Below are positions 46,691 through 56,609 of a stretch of DNA of 64,000 nt, one piece after another. The position numbers and the translations under genes were made by a program. The stretch lies in sequence record PP763257.1; one strand, given 5' to 3'. This DNA comes from Acinetobacter phage Ab5. Each line of letters starts with the position of its first letter. The first letter of the stretch is position 1. The notes under the pieces were generated by a model that made no database searches, was not told the origin of the DNA, and saw only the letters and a list, made by a program, of their open reading frames with translations.

Positions 46691-47431
46691 TTAAAGTAAT
46701 TCAATAAACTTACTTAACACTCTTTTTAATTCTGTATTGCTTAATTCACGAGTTTTCTCTCGTCCTTCTAATAGTTCATTTTTTAAACCATTAATATAAC
46801 TAGAACAAGCAACGGTATTATCTGAAGTATAACCTTTAGTGTCATCAATACGATCGATAGAGTGGCTATGTTTACCTTCCATAGTCAATGTGATACCAGA
46901 ATAGTAACACTTCTTACGAGACAATAAGCGTTTCATATCAGCAAATGTTAAAGAAAATTCAATTCCTCTTTGGGCACACTGAATACTCTTATGTAATAAT
47001 TTAAGACTAACATAAGTGTCAAATTTAACTTGGTTAAGCTCATTATCAATTCCTGTGAAAGCATCGTTAACGTTTCTAAGATCAATGTTGTAATCAATGT
47101 TATAACCTTTGCGGTTGAATATACATAATGTTTTAGTTTCACATAACATATCGTATGGAGATTTTATTTCTGTAATTATCTTAATTCCATTTTCTGTTGT
47201 TATATCTGATAATGAAATTATATCATTTAAACACAGAGCCATTAAGATACTATTATACTCTTCTACAAACATCGATTTTAAGGTGTGTATCGAGCGCTTA
47301 CAGGCATAATCAGATACGAAGTGATTAAACGTATAGGTTAAACATTTGGATGCCTTAGTGGTGAGCTTAGGCATGTCTGTGAAAGCACATAATTCAGAGA
47401 CAGTAGATTGTTTATTAAAATCGAACGACAT
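46691..47431 (-). CDS. HNH endonuclease
   Basis: Motif CYYSGITL…HSIDRIDDTKGYTSDNTVACSSYINGLK is a classic HNH pattern. Confidence 0.65.
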   Translation of the reverse strand: MSFDFNKQSTVSELCAFTDMPKLTTKASKCLTYTFNHFVSDYACKRSIHTLKSMFVEEYNSILMALCLNDIISLSDITTENGIKIITEIKSPYDMLCETKTLCIFNRKGYNIDYNIDLRNVNDAFTGIDNELNQVKFDTYVSLKLLHKSIQCAQRGIEFSLTFADMKRLLSRKKCYYSGITLTMEGKHSHSIDRIDDTKGYTSDNTVACSSYINGLKNELLEGREKTRELSNTELKRVLSKFIELL

Positions 47432-47490
47432 ATCAAATTCCTTGTGTAATAAAAAAGAGAGCTATAACTTTCGTTATGCTCTCTAGTATA

Positions 47491-47697
47491 TTAAGGAATT
47501 AAGTTTTTGATGTCAATCTCATTCAATTCATTTAATTGAAATTCTTCAGACCAATAAGTCACAATACAATTTTTATGCATCTCAGAGAATTCTCTCATAG
47601 CCTGTTGTTGTTCCATAACATCACTAAATATTCCAACTATAACGTTATAGTCAAAACACAGGTACGAAACTTTTGCTGAAAGTAAAACTAAATCCAT
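47491..47697 (-). CDS. hypothetical protein
   Basis: Co-directional minus-strand ORF. Confidence 0.4.
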   Translation of the reverse strand: MDLVLLSAKVSYLCFDYNVIVGIFSDVMEQQQAMREFSEMHKNCIVTYWSEEFQLNELNEIDIKNLIP

Positions 47698-47705
47698 ATT
47701 CTCTC

Positions 47706-48053
47706 CTAAAGTGAAAACTTGTCAATAAAATTACGATGGGTTCTGTGACTGCCAAGATAAACTAAATTATCAATACCGTTTAAGTTAAGCATTACCCCCT
47801 CTCCAAGATATAGTCGTTCTGCTAAAAATTGGGTGTCATTAGCATCTAAACTTCCATGTCTATTAATCATGGCATCAAGACGATTTTTTATCTTTAGAAT
47901 AAATAGACCAACACTACATTCGTAATTTATAAAATCTAACCCTATCCCTTCCCACCTTAGTTGAACAGTATTTGGATTATCCCAACTAGCGGGTCCGTTG
48001 TTTTTGTAATATCCTTTATTTAAAACAACAAATTCGTCTAAATTAATTTCCAT
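47706..48053 (-). CDS. hypothetical protein
   Basis: RBS AGGAGAG upstream on the minus strand. Confidence 0.45.
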   Translation of the reverse strand: MEINLDEFVVLNKGYYKNNGPASWDNPNTVQLRWEGIGLDFINYECSVGLFILKIKNRLDAMINRHGSLDANDTQFLAERLYLGEGVMLNLNGIDNLVYLGSHRTHRNFIDKFSL

Positions 48054-48061
48054 AATCTCTC

Positions 48062-48280
48062 CTAAGACATAAAAAATTTAAAAACCCAAAAGTCAAAAGT
48101 GTACGCAATAAAGAACATCATAAACAACAACTGCATCACAATAGAACCAATGATCTTTTTTAATGTTGATGATTGTTCAACATCTTCTTTAGTTAAGTTA
48201 TTGCGTACAACACCTAATGCAACTATCGAAGGGAATGCTGATACAATAAATAAACCAATCACAAAAATAATTATTTCCAT
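48062..48280 (-). CDS. small two-TM membrane protein
   Basis: RBS GGAGGAC upstream. Hydrophobic. Confidence 0.45.
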   Translation of the reverse strand: MEIIIFVIGLFIVSAFPSIVALGVVRNNLTKEDVEQSSTLKKIIGSIVMQLLFMMFFIAYTFDFWVFKFFMS

Positions 48281-48456
48281 TAGTCCTCCAATAGTCTTAA
48301 CAACTCAACAAGTGCTGTTTCGTAGTAAGAGTATTTTTCCCATTGTAAGTTATTACCTACTTCGATTTGATAATAACCAGTATTACCAACAGCTAATATC
48401 TTATACCATTGACCTTTGTGACTTCCACAATATTTAATAATCATTTGTTTATCTCC

Positions 48457-48648
48457 TCACTCAGAACAAATTAATAAAATTTTGTTGTATGCAACTACAC
48501 TGTTGGTTTCGTAGTAGACATACTGACACATCTCTTCAGATAGATGGTGTTGTAGAACAGAATTTGATAAAACATATTGACCAAATCGTTGTGTTCTATC
48601 TCCAGCATTCCATTGTAAGTATAACTTATTAAGCTCTTTGATTGTCAT
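48457..48648 (-). CDS. hypothetical protein
   Basis: Minus-strand ORF with a GGAG RBS. Confidence 0.4.
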   Translation of the reverse strand: MTIKELNKLYLQWNAGDRTQRFGQYVLSNSVLQHHLSEEMCQYVYYETNSVVAYNKILLICSE

Positions 48649-48748
48649 GGTAATGACTCCTGTGTTTGTATGATTAAATAGTATCAGGTTTTAAAATCAT
48701 AGTCAACAAAAAAAGAGAACAACTTTCGTCATTCTCTTCCTTATTTAA

Positions 48749-49417
48749 TTAACCTTTATTTAATTCTTGTTTAAGCGCTTCTAACTTAGCTTCAACAGAA
48801 GGTTTAGGTTGGTCTGAATATTTCTTAACTAAATCTTCACCAAGCTTCTCAGAGACAATCTCTTTAGCTTCTACAGATGCTTTAGCCTTCTTCACACGAT
48901 TACGTAAGTCATCAATATTGTAACCGAAGTCACCTTCAGATCCACCAAGCATTTGTGCGCGAAGTTTGTAAGACTTTTCTTCCATATCCATACGTTGAAT
49001 CTCAACTTCTAAACTGCGTTTCTCTGCTTGTAAAGTTTGGATGTAATTTAGTTGTTGTTCAATAACAGGCTCTAAGATATCATTAGATGCTTGTAAACTT
49101 TCAATCGTAGCTTCAAACAATTCAACACGTCCCAATGCTTGTGCTGCTTCTACATCTTCACCACGAGATACAGCATTACGTGCCACTTGATTCATTGCTA
49201 CAACTTGTTTGTTTAAAGATTTAATTTCATCTTTATTAAATTGAACTTGTTGTTGAGCTTCTTCTACACTCTTGCGTAGTTTAGATGCCTTGTTGTCAAT
49301 TTGACGGATAATAGCTCCACCTTCACGTTTAATATCAACAATACTGTCTAATGCTTTCTCAGCTTTTTCATTAACAACGTTAGCTGATACAGAAAATAAT
49401 TTAGATAACCATGACAT
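48749..49417 (-). CDS. PspA/IM30-family protein (phage shock protein A / LiaH-like)
   Basis: N-terminal MSWLSKLFSVSANVVNEKAEKALD parallels the PspA N-terminus ([25 protein letters not shown]). 222 aa, helical coiled-coil composition. RBS AAGGAGAG upstream. Confidence 0.6.
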   Translation of the reverse strand: MSWLSKLFSVSANVVNEKAEKALDSIVDIKREGGAIIRQIDNKASKLRKSVEEAQQQVQFNKDEIKSLNKQVVAMNQVARNAVSRGEDVEAAQALGRVELFEATIESLQASNDILEPVIEQQLNYIQTLQAEKRSLEVEIQRMDMEEKSYKLRAQMLGGSEGDFGYNIDDLRNRVKKAKASVEAKEIVSEKLGEDLVKKYSDQPKPSVEAKLEALKQELNKG

Positions 49418-49444
49418 AATGTCTCTCCTTTGTTTAAAATAAAT

Positions 49445-49972
49445 TTAGTATTCAAAAACGTTTGTTGTCTTCTTGGAATTAATATTATCAACAGTATTTG
49501 AATCTGTCAACAAAAAATTATAATTAATTCCATATTTTTTATACAACTTGATATCTTCTGGATTCATACGCCTACGTAATGCTTCAACTTTAGAATGGAA
49601 CTCAGAAATAAATGGTTCTACATTTGTACAGTCATAAAGATAACCATTCGCAACTTTAGTTTGGAAATTTGGAAGTTCCTTAAATCCAAACATACTATGA
49701 TGGTCTGATAAGCGATAAGGAAAATAGTAATTCCATCTATCACCATTGGAATTTAACTCTTCTTTATAATAATCCAATAAGTTTTGATAGTTCAGTGTTA
49801 AATTACTTACACACCATTTGTAATCCTCAATAAACATATTTCGCATAGAAGATTTCCGATTAAAACAAGCTGTCGCATGACAAGCTTCAGGTGTATCTTT
49901 AACTAATCTTGGTAAAACAATAATAAAGAACACTGCAATTAAAACTAATATTAGAAGTAAAAGTAAAAACAT
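49445..49972 (-). CDS. bitopic membrane protein, paralogue A
   Basis: N-terminal TM helix (LLLLLILVLIAVFFIIVL). Shares the C-terminal motif NPEDIKLYKKYGINY with 49983..50477. Confidence 0.5.
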   Translation of the reverse strand: MFLLLLLILVLIAVFFIIVLPRLVKDTPEACHATACFNRKSSMRNMFIEDYKWCVSNLTLNYQNLLDYYKEELNSNGDRWNYYFPYRLSDHHSMFGFKELPNFQTKVANGYLYDCTNVEPFISEFHSKVEALRRRMNPEDIKLYKKYGINYNFLLTDSNTVDNINSKKTTNVFEY

Positions 49973-49982
49973 AATACTCTCC

Positions 49983-50477
49983 TTAATCTTTCAAAATAGC
50001 TTTATAAGAAACCCCATATTTCTTATACAAAGCTAAATCTTCTGGTGTAATCCTATTCTTCATATCATCACAAATCTGATTAAACTCAATCATGAAATCT
50101 TTTGTCCATGATGGAATGTCGTGATTTTGCTTACACTCCGTACTTCCTGTTTTACATTTTGGAAAAGGAATGTGGTACGGATAATAATAACCATTAGTTT
50201 GAGCATATTCGCTTCTGTATTTAACAACAAGAGAAACAGCTTCCCATACCCAATATCTATAATCAATAGGGTTATTGATATTACTGTTAAAATTATAAGA
50301 ACCAAATGTTTCACAAGCCCATACATAATTAGCTTGGTATTCACGTTTAATCTGATCTAAAGATTTAACTTTTACAATGGAACCTTTATTGTTAATGATA
50401 AATTTTCCATGAATGCAATTAAAATAAATATAAATACCTATTAGAAAACCTACACCAATAAATATCCAATCCATCAA
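49983..50477 (-). CDS. bitopic membrane protein, paralogue B
   Basis: N-terminal TM helix. C-terminal motif TPEDLALYKKYGVSY. NGYYYPYHIPFP aligns with NGDRWNYYFPYRL in paralogue A. Confidence 0.5.
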   Translation of the reverse strand: MMDWIFIGVGFLIGIYIYFNCIHGKFIINNKGSIVKVKSLDQIKREYQANYVWACETFGSYNFNSNINNPIDYRYWVWEAVSLVVKYRSEYAQTNGYYYPYHIPFPKCKTGSTECKQNHDIPSWTKDFMIEFNQICDDMKNRITPEDLALYKKYGVSYKAILKD

Positions 50478-50686
50478 TCTTTCTCCATCTGTTCTTTAAC
50501 AAAATCTTGAAACTCACTAGGGTGCATTCGTTTATCTGACAATTTAGAATATGACAGTATGTCATGATGAGGGTAATATTTAAATATCATTTCTCGTGCT
50601 TCATTAATATCTTTAGCTAAAATGTAAACTTTACCTGTTGAAATAACAAGTAGCTTCGGATAGAACTCAAATACATAAGGGTACAT
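50474..50686 (-). CDS. hypothetical protein
   Basis: Overlap-coupled. Confidence 0.4.
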   Translation of the reverse strand: MYPYVFEFYPKLLVISTGKVYILAKDINEAREMIFKYYPHHDILSYSKLSDKRMHPSEFQDFVKEQMEKD

Positions 50687-50702
50687 AAAAATCTCCTGAA
50701 GA

Positions 50703-51197
50703 TCACTTTAATCGATCCACAAATGATAACCTCAACATAATTCTTTTGCAAGCTTTTTCTACAATAGGTGACTGATGATATTCTCTGTTATATTTGTAAA
50801 TAGAATTAGGTTCTGTCTCTCCAATCAATTTGTATTCACCGTCAACTAAATCAAAGAACTTGGTGCCACCACTACTTGTATATAATAAATGAGTTTCTTG
50901 TTTATTAGGATGATTAAAGTCTTTAGTCCAATCTAAATGCACCTGATTCAAATGATCACCACTATCACCTTCTTTGAGGTTGCGTACTTTAACATCAAGA
51001 TAACATAATTCGTATTGATTGAATAAAGTTCTAGAGTTGTCTAACATAACTAAAATAATACTTTGAATTTGCTCATCGAAAAAGTCTGATATAAATCTTA
51101 ATAGATGCAAACCATTATTAATTCTTTTGTACTTAATTTCATGTAAAGGTGTATTGGTGAAATCAAAACTACCTTCAAATGTTTTAATCTTTTGCAT
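50703..51197 (-). CDS. hypothetical protein
   Basis: Minus-strand ORF with an AGGAATTATG RBS. Confidence 0.45.
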   Translation of the reverse strand: MQKIKTFEGSFDFTNTPLHEIKYKRINNGLHLLRFISDFFDEQIQSIILVMLDNSRTLFNQYELCYLDVKVRNLKEGDSGDHLNQVHLDWTKDFNHPNKQETHLLYTSSGGTKFFDLVDGEYKLIGETEPNSIYKYNREYHQSPIVEKACKRIMLRLSFVDRLK

Positions 51198-51266
51198 ACA
51201 TAATTCCTAGATATAAAAGAAGGACACTCAATTATGAATGTCCTTTGTGTTTAATTAATCGTTAGA

Positions 51267-51758
51267 TTAATACCCACAATCATAGTAGTCATAATCAAAA
51301 GTTACTTCCTCACCTTTAACTTTAATTTTAACTTCATAGTTTGTAGTGTAAATCTCATCAATCAATTCTGATAATGAATGCATATCACTAGAGAATGTAG
51401 GATTATCAGCATGTTGTGAATTAATTGATGTCATGTTTTCTTCATCGATTTCCAATAACTCTGCATAATCGTCATGTTCATCTACATATAGTTCATCATT
51501 ATGAAAATACTTGTAGCCATTACTACTCTCATATGTACCATTGCAAATAGAATAATCATAATGATGTGAAACCTCATCTCCATCATTCCATGTTGGTGTA
51601 TAACCACGCACAACAATTGCAAAGTCACCATACTTTAACTTTAATTCTTGAATAACCTGTTTAATAAAGTCATCATTCAAAGCTTTCATATAAGCAACAT
51701 ATTCTTCACGAATTGTTTTGAATTTCTCAAAAGTGTTTTGGTTGATAATGTTTGTCAT
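51267..51758 (-). CDS. acidic hypothetical protein
   Basis: RBS AAGGAGAAAG upstream. Confidence 0.45.
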   Translation of the reverse strand: MTNIINQNTFEKFKTIREEYVAYMKALNDDFIKQVIQELKLKYGDFAIVVRGYTPTWNDGDEVSHHYDYSICNGTYESSNGYKYFHNDELYVDEHDDYAELLEIDEENMTSINSQHADNPTFSSDMHSLSELIDEIYTTNYEVKIKVKGEEVTFDYDYYDCGY

Positions 51759-51768
51759 TTCTTTCTCC

Positions 51769-52140
51769 TTAATTGCTCAAACGTTTCATTTCTTTTTTAC
51801 AGAAATCATAAATCTCTAAAGCTAATTCCTCAATTGGAACATAACCGTAAACTGTATCACATGGTTCCATAGGATCATCAGCATATTTATTAATGAAAGC
51901 TTCACTAAATTCAAATGATGGAAAACCAATTTCAACATGTGTATATTCTTTCACGTTCTCACGTGGTAAGCAATAATGATATTCACTTGCTTGAATAGAT
52001 AAGTGATGTTGATTAATTTTATAACCATCTTTTACAAAAGCAAATTTAAATGAAGGAACTCTTGTATCAGTAATTGAATTGAATACTCGACCATTCACAG
52101 TTGCTTTAATTCGTTCTAAGAACTCTTCATAAGTAGCCAT
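51769..52140 (-). CDS. hypothetical protein
   Basis: RBS AGGAGG upstream. Confidence 0.45.
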   Translation of the reverse strand: MATYEEFLERIKATVNGRVFNSITDTRVPSFKFAFVKDGYKINQHHLSIQASEYHYCLPRENVKEYTHVEIGFPSFEFSEAFINKYADDPMEPCDTVYGYVPIEELALEIYDFCKKEMKRLSN

Positions 52141-52150
52141 TAAAACCTCC

Positions 52151-52933
52151 TTATTGTGTTACACTTGTTTTTAGATCAATATCTGGAACAATTACTTCAG
52201 GTTTAAATTTATTAACAATGGAATTATAAACTCTTTCATCTAACTGATCTTTATATCCTTCTACAATTTTAGAAACTATATCATACTTCTTTGCTTTGTA
52301 AATATCAATAGCTTCTTTTTCGTTTTTAAACGATCCGAAATATAAATTAGTATTATTGCAACCAACGTACACCTCATAGGAGCCATATTTATTCACCATT
52401 ATACCTTGAGGATGACTACTTAATTTAGGTTGTTTTCTAAATAAATTGTTCACATGTTGTGGTACAAAACAACATGTGTCTTCACTATAAAGTAAATTGC
52501 CATCAGAAAGTATATCTTTGTCTAATGCCCAACCCTTCAAACCGAAACCTTTTTGATTAAGACACCATTTTTGAAAGTAATCTAATCGCTTAAAGTTTTC
52601 AGAAACCTGACAACCTTGATATGTGGGCTGCTTTTCCTGTGTTACTTCATTATAACACCTAGATAGCATACCTCTCCAAATATTATACGAATTTGTTAAC
52701 TTCCCGTTTTCTTTAACAATACCGTCTCCAACTATACCAACGTTATAAACACTTGGTTGTTCTTTGTCTCTAATATTCCCCTTCTTTAATTGTGTAAGTT
52801 GAACATTTACTCTAGTTCCTGTGTTTTTAAATTCAACAAGAACATCTTTATTGTTTGTGTACTCTAAAACAACAACTTCACCAAAATTTGTTGTTTGAAA
52901 AGTTAAACCAACATAGTTAGAATTTAATTTCAC
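52151..52933 (-). CDS. HNH (HNH_3) – AP2-domain homing endonuclease
   Basis: Motifs WALDKDILSDGNLLYSEDTC, GIMVNKYGSYEVYVG…FGSFKNEKEAIDIYK. Third paralogue of 30544 and 45584. Confidence 0.65.
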   Translation of the reverse strand: MKLNSNYVGLTFQTTNFGEVVVLEYTNNKDVLVEFKNTGTRVNVQLTQLKKGNIRDKEQPSVYNVGIVGDGIVKENGKLTNSYNIWRGMLSRCYNEVTQEKQPTYQGCQVSENFKRLDYFQKWCLNQKGFGLKGWALDKDILSDGNLLYSEDTCCFVPQHVNNLFRKQPKLSSHPQGIMVNKYGSYEVYVGCNNTNLYFGSFKNEKEAIDIYKAKKYDIVSKIVEGYKDQLDERVYNSIVNKFKPEVIVPDIDLKTSVTQ

Positions 52934-53277
52934 TTATATTTTCCTTTTAAATTATGTTCACGTAACCATTGTAAGCAATGTGTTGCCAAGTGTAGACGTT
53001 TTGGATTATCTGTGATTAATTGTCTATTATGAAACTCATACATCCCACCAACAGGATATACTACATCATAAGTATACAAAGACCACTCTTGAAACATCTT
53101 CCATCTTTGTTGTTTATCTATAAAAACAAATCTACATACAGCACATAATCCATCTTTGTGTAGATAATTTCTAGAATACTCAGGAAAAACTTTATAGAAA
53201 TCTTCCTTTGTTTTAATATCATACCAATTGTGAATCAAACGTTCTAACAATTCAATCTGTAAATCATATTTAGCCAT
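52930..53277 (-). CDS. hypothetical protein
   Basis: Overlap-coupled minus-strand ORF. Confidence 0.45.
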   Translation of the reverse strand: MAKYDLQIELLERLIHNWYDIKTKEDFYKVFPEYSRNYLHKDGLCAVCRFVFIDKQQRWKMFQEWSLYTYDVVYPVGGMYEFHNRQLITDNPKRLHLATHCLQWLREHNLKGKYK

Positions 53278-53287
53278 TTATTAATCC

Positions 53288-53521
53288 TTAGTTGTATGGA
53301 TACGGTGTATAGTTTTGATATCGAGATGTGTCAATTGTAGCAACAATTTGTTCAATTCGATCTTTATTTAAATAACCTTCATTCTCAATTTTACCATTAA
53401 CAACCAACGCACAACCAAATCTCATAGTTTTATTATATTCAATATGAGGTTCTAAATCTTCAGGTCTGACATTGTTTATAACATAACTACCATTGTTATA
53501 AATACGAATACTAATTGTCAT
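53288..53521 (-). CDS. hypothetical protein
   Basis: Minus-strand ORF. Confidence 0.4.
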   Translation of the reverse strand: MTISIRIYNNGSYVINNVRPEDLEPHIEYNKTMRFGCALVVNGKIENEGYLNKDRIEQIVATIDTSRYQNYTPYPYN

Positions 53522-53823
53522 TAATTATCTCCAACAACCCAAGTGTAAAAGTCTAATTCACTTGTGTGTAGTAAAGCATGTACAGGTAATATTGTCAACT
53601 TCTCCTTAGGTGAAATACTTTTAATCTTCTGTACATGAGTTAAATAATCACCATGTTTAGTTACACGAAAGAAAGTTTTCGTTTTCTCATGATAACACAT
53701 TTGATTAATCCGCTTTTCCATTTTAGAGTCCTCACTTTTGAACACAGAATGCGTTGTAAACTTTAGGTTGTTTCTTAGTAAACTCAGCAGCCTTAATACA
53801 TCTGTCACGAGAGGTAAACTCAA
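53521..53823 (-). CDS. hypothetical protein
   Basis: Overlap-coupled. It competes with the overlapping ORF 53732..53977. Confidence 0.4.
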   Translation of the reverse strand: MSLPLVTDVLRLLSLLRNNLKFTTHSVFKSEDSKMEKRINQMCYHEKTKTFFRVTKHGDYLTHVQKIKSISPKEKLTILPVHALLHTSELDFYTWVVGDN

Positions 53824-54073
53824 CAGAAATCATTTCAACAGGTGTTGCACTAGAAGCTCTATATTCGTGTTGACCATACCACGAACTCATTACAATCATA
53901 ATCCACATAATTTTCTCCAATAAAAAGATGACTATCTCGTTATGGATAATCATCTCAAAATTAAAACTAGATGTCAACTAATTTCTTTAACTTTTCAAAA
54001 ACTAATTGGTACATATCATTCACTTGATACTGTTTAGGTTCATTATATGAACTATGCTTAATTGGATGACATG

Positions 54074-54352
54074 TCATATTAAGTCCTTAATAGAATAACC
54101 TTCTTGTGCTACTGTCGCTGGAAATGCACCTATTGTTTCTTTTGTGCATTGAGTGTACCAAGCAATGTAACCATCTCTAGGTGTTGCTTTGAAATAAGTA
54201 TGGTAGGCATCTTCAAAGAAATTACCCCACTCTTCATATTCTTTGTTGACTTCTTTTTTGAATTCATCAAGGTCGTGATGACCTCGACTTATAACTAGAT
54301 ATTCATCTTCGCCCCAATTTTCTAATATTAAAGGGTAGTTTTTAGCTTTCAT
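54074..54352 (-). CDS. hypothetical protein
   Basis: Minus-strand ORF. Confidence 0.4.
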   Translation of the reverse strand: MKAKNYPLILENWGEDEYLVISRGHHDLDEFKKEVNKEYEEWGNFFEDAYHTYFKATPRDGYIAWYTQCTKETIGAFPATVAQEGYSIKDLI

Positions 54353-54555
54353 AACAGTCCCTCTCGATTAAACACTGTCTTAAATTTGTCATCAGTTACT
54401 ATTGTAACATTTCCAATAGAATAAGGGTTATTTTTACATTTGTCAAAGAATTTTAAAGCTTCTTCTTTGAATAATGTTCGACCCGAATATTTAGGATGAC
54501 CGTATCCATCAATAGATTCACCACTAAATAATAAATACCAATCTTCTTTAATCAT
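54349..54555 (-). CDS. hypothetical protein
   Basis: Overlap-coupled. Confidence 0.4.
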   Translation of the reverse strand: MIKEDWYLLFSGESIDGYGHPKYSGRTLFKEEALKFFDKCKNNPYSIGNVTIVTDDKFKTVFNREGLL

Positions 54556-54600
54556 TAATTACTTTCCTCATTTAACGTAAACTCGTATTTTGTTATTAAA

Positions 54601-54927
54601 TCAAGGTTCTGTAAAGAACACTACTCGTTCTTTACGTTGATCAAACTGAGTAAGGACAATTGTGTTTATAGTACTTCCAAAATCATCTGTTTGAATAACA
54701 TATATTTCATCTGGAACTTCAATTTGTTGATTTAAACATGTAAAAACATTTCTAGCATATTCATTATCAACAAACACTCCTTTGTAGAAGTTTTCTAAAC
54801 TTTCATACTTTCCAGATTTAAATTCACAACCTTTTACCAAGATGTAAGCTTTAACTTTAAAATTTGGTACATTGAAGTCTAAAACATTAACTCCAACCTT
54901 TTCACTAATTTCCATACTCAATCCCAC
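54601..54927 (-). CDS. hypothetical protein
   Basis: Overlap-coupled with the upstream gene. Confidence 0.4.
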   Translation of the reverse strand: MGLSMEISEKVGVNVLDFNVPNFKVKAYILVKGCEFKSGKYESLENFYKGVFVDNEYARNVFTCLNQQIEVPDEIYVIQTDDFGSTINTIVLTQFDQRKERVVFFTEP

Positions 54928-55433
54928 AAGTTATCAAAATACTTAATAAACAACTCTCGACCTTCATCAACCTTACGTCTAACCTCAGCATCATATTCTC
55001 GACTACGCTCCCACCAAGAATCTACATCTTCTTGTGTTACACCTTCTTTAAGAATCTGTCTCCACTGAGTAACCTTACCAAAAACAGGATGATCCTCCCA
55101 AACAACAGGAGGAAACTTCTCAGGATGTGTTAAATCATCGTAGTAGAAATCATAAGGCTCAATATCAAAATACGTGGGATGCTCTGTAAATGCAAAGATC
55201 ATCTTATCTAACAACTCGTTCCATTGTTCTTCACAATATTCACTGGAGTAGTCGAAACAAGTTTCTCGTCCTGTCTCTGGATTAATATCTTTAGTAACTA
55301 AATGTGGTGGAACCTTGTTCTTACGAAGTTCTTTAAATTGTTCCAACCCCTGAACAATAACTTTTGCAAGGTGTTTGTCTAAATTCCAAACTTCACGTTT
55401 GTTAAAGCGAAGCTTCCCTTTCTGAATGTGCAT
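54918..55433 (-). CDS. hypothetical protein
   Basis: ATGA-type coupling. 171 aa. Confidence 0.45.
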   Translation of the reverse strand: MHIQKGKLRFNKREVWNLDKHLAKVIVQGLEQFKELRKNKVPPHLVTKDINPETGRETCFDYSSEYCEEQWNELLDKMIFAFTEHPTYFDIEPYDFYYDDLTHPEKFPPVVWEDHPVFGKVTQWRQILKEGVTQEDVDSWWERSREYDAEVRRKVDEGRELFIKYFDNLWD

Positions 55434-55849
55434 TATTTATCACCTCGCTTCTTAGCATTAGGGTAATACTTATCAGAGACACTCATAACAATACCCCATA
55501 CTTCTTTACTCACCCAATGAGGATTAACATCATTACCAACATTAATCATTTCACCTTTATCAATACGCTCTTGTAACTTTATTTGTTCAGCTAATTTCTG
55601 CTGCTCTAGTTGTTTGTAATGCTCACCACGAGTCATTTCAGCATATTCGCATAGATTCTCAACTAAGTCTAAATCAACTGCTCCAACACGATTGTATACC
55701 AATCCACCATCAGTGAACGTCTGATTATCACAATTACAATTTACAAAGTGATGTTGATGTTTACTCTCAAGGATTGTACCGCACACTAAGCATTTTACAG
55801 CGTTGCGTGTTAAAACTTTAATTATTTCATTTTCGTCTAATTCAATCAT
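55433..55849 (-). CDS. Zn-binding (CxxC…HH…CNC) hypothetical protein
   Basis: Motif CLVCGT…HQHHFVNCNCD. Confidence 0.45.
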   Translation of the reverse strand: MIELDENEIIKVLTRNAVKCLVCGTILESKHQHHFVNCNCDNQTFTDGGLVYNRVGAVDLDLVENLCEYAEMTRGEHYKQLEQQKLAEQIKLQERIDKGEMINVGNDVNPHWVSKEVWGIVMSVSDKYYPNAKKRGDK

Positions 55850-55865
55850 CTATTTCTCCCAAGAT

Positions 55866-56081
55866 TCATCTCAACGTTATGATTTGGAGCATTAAAACTC
55901 CGTATTGTGCCTGATACACTCCATTAGCAAGATTCTTATCTACACCGATGTAAACATCAATAAAGTTCTCAGCAACACCATGCAACCTTACATGATATTT
56001 ACCACACCACTCAAACAACTCCAGTTTGATACTGTTAATTTCTAAACTTTTTAAGCTTTTGTATTTGTGACTAATCTCCAC
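55866..56081 (-). CDS. hypothetical protein
   Basis: Minus-strand ORF. Confidence 0.4.
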   Translation of the reverse strand: MEISHKYKSLKSLEINSIKLELFEWCGKYHVRLHGVAENFIDVYIGVDKNLANGVYQAQYGVLMLQIITLR

Positions 56082-56185
56082 TTTTTTCTCTCTCCAAAAT
56101 TAAATCCATACTTTCATCACGCACCTTCCTTAAAATATGTATTAAGAATAAACTTAACACGAGATTCAAACTGCATCTTACGAAA

Positions 56186-56308
56186 CTAGAGCATATCTAA
56201 ACATTCTTGTTGATATTCTTCAGTTGCAGCAGAATAGTCAAAACCATTACTCTTAATTCCACCAAGAAACCAAAGATTGATCTTATCTAAGATAGAATAT
56301 TGTTTCAT
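56186..56308 (-). CDS. 40-aa hypothetical protein
   Basis: Minus strand. RBS GAGGTGAAAAA upstream of the ATG. Below the track cutoff. Confidence 0.3.
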   Translation of the reverse strand: MKQYSILDKINLWFLGGIKSNGFDYSAATEEYQQECLDML

Positions 56309-56407
56309 TTTTTCACCTCAACTATTTTATAGATACAATAAATTATAGATATAATAAAACAGACCTAACATTTCTGTCAAGTCTGTTTTGATGATTATTT
56401 TAGAAGA

Positions 56408-56599
56408 TTAACATTCTCCTAATTTCTTTGATAAATCACACCAATAGTCATGACCTTGTGGTGTACTCTCCCAATCGAAGCATTCAATCACTTCAGAACA
56501 ATCTTCATCAATCTTAGAACAATTATCTTCTAAGAACTTAGCAGCATACCAATCAATTTCTCTTACACGTTCAATAAGTAATTGTAAATTAGTTTTCAT
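56408..56599 (-). CDS. hypothetical protein
   Basis: RBS AAGGAGAAATAA upstream. Confidence 0.45.
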   Translation of the reverse strand: MKTNLQLLIERVREIDWYAAKFLEDNCSKIDEDCSEVIECFDWESTPQGHDYWCDLSKKLGEC

Positions 56600-56609
56600 T
56601 TATTTCTCC

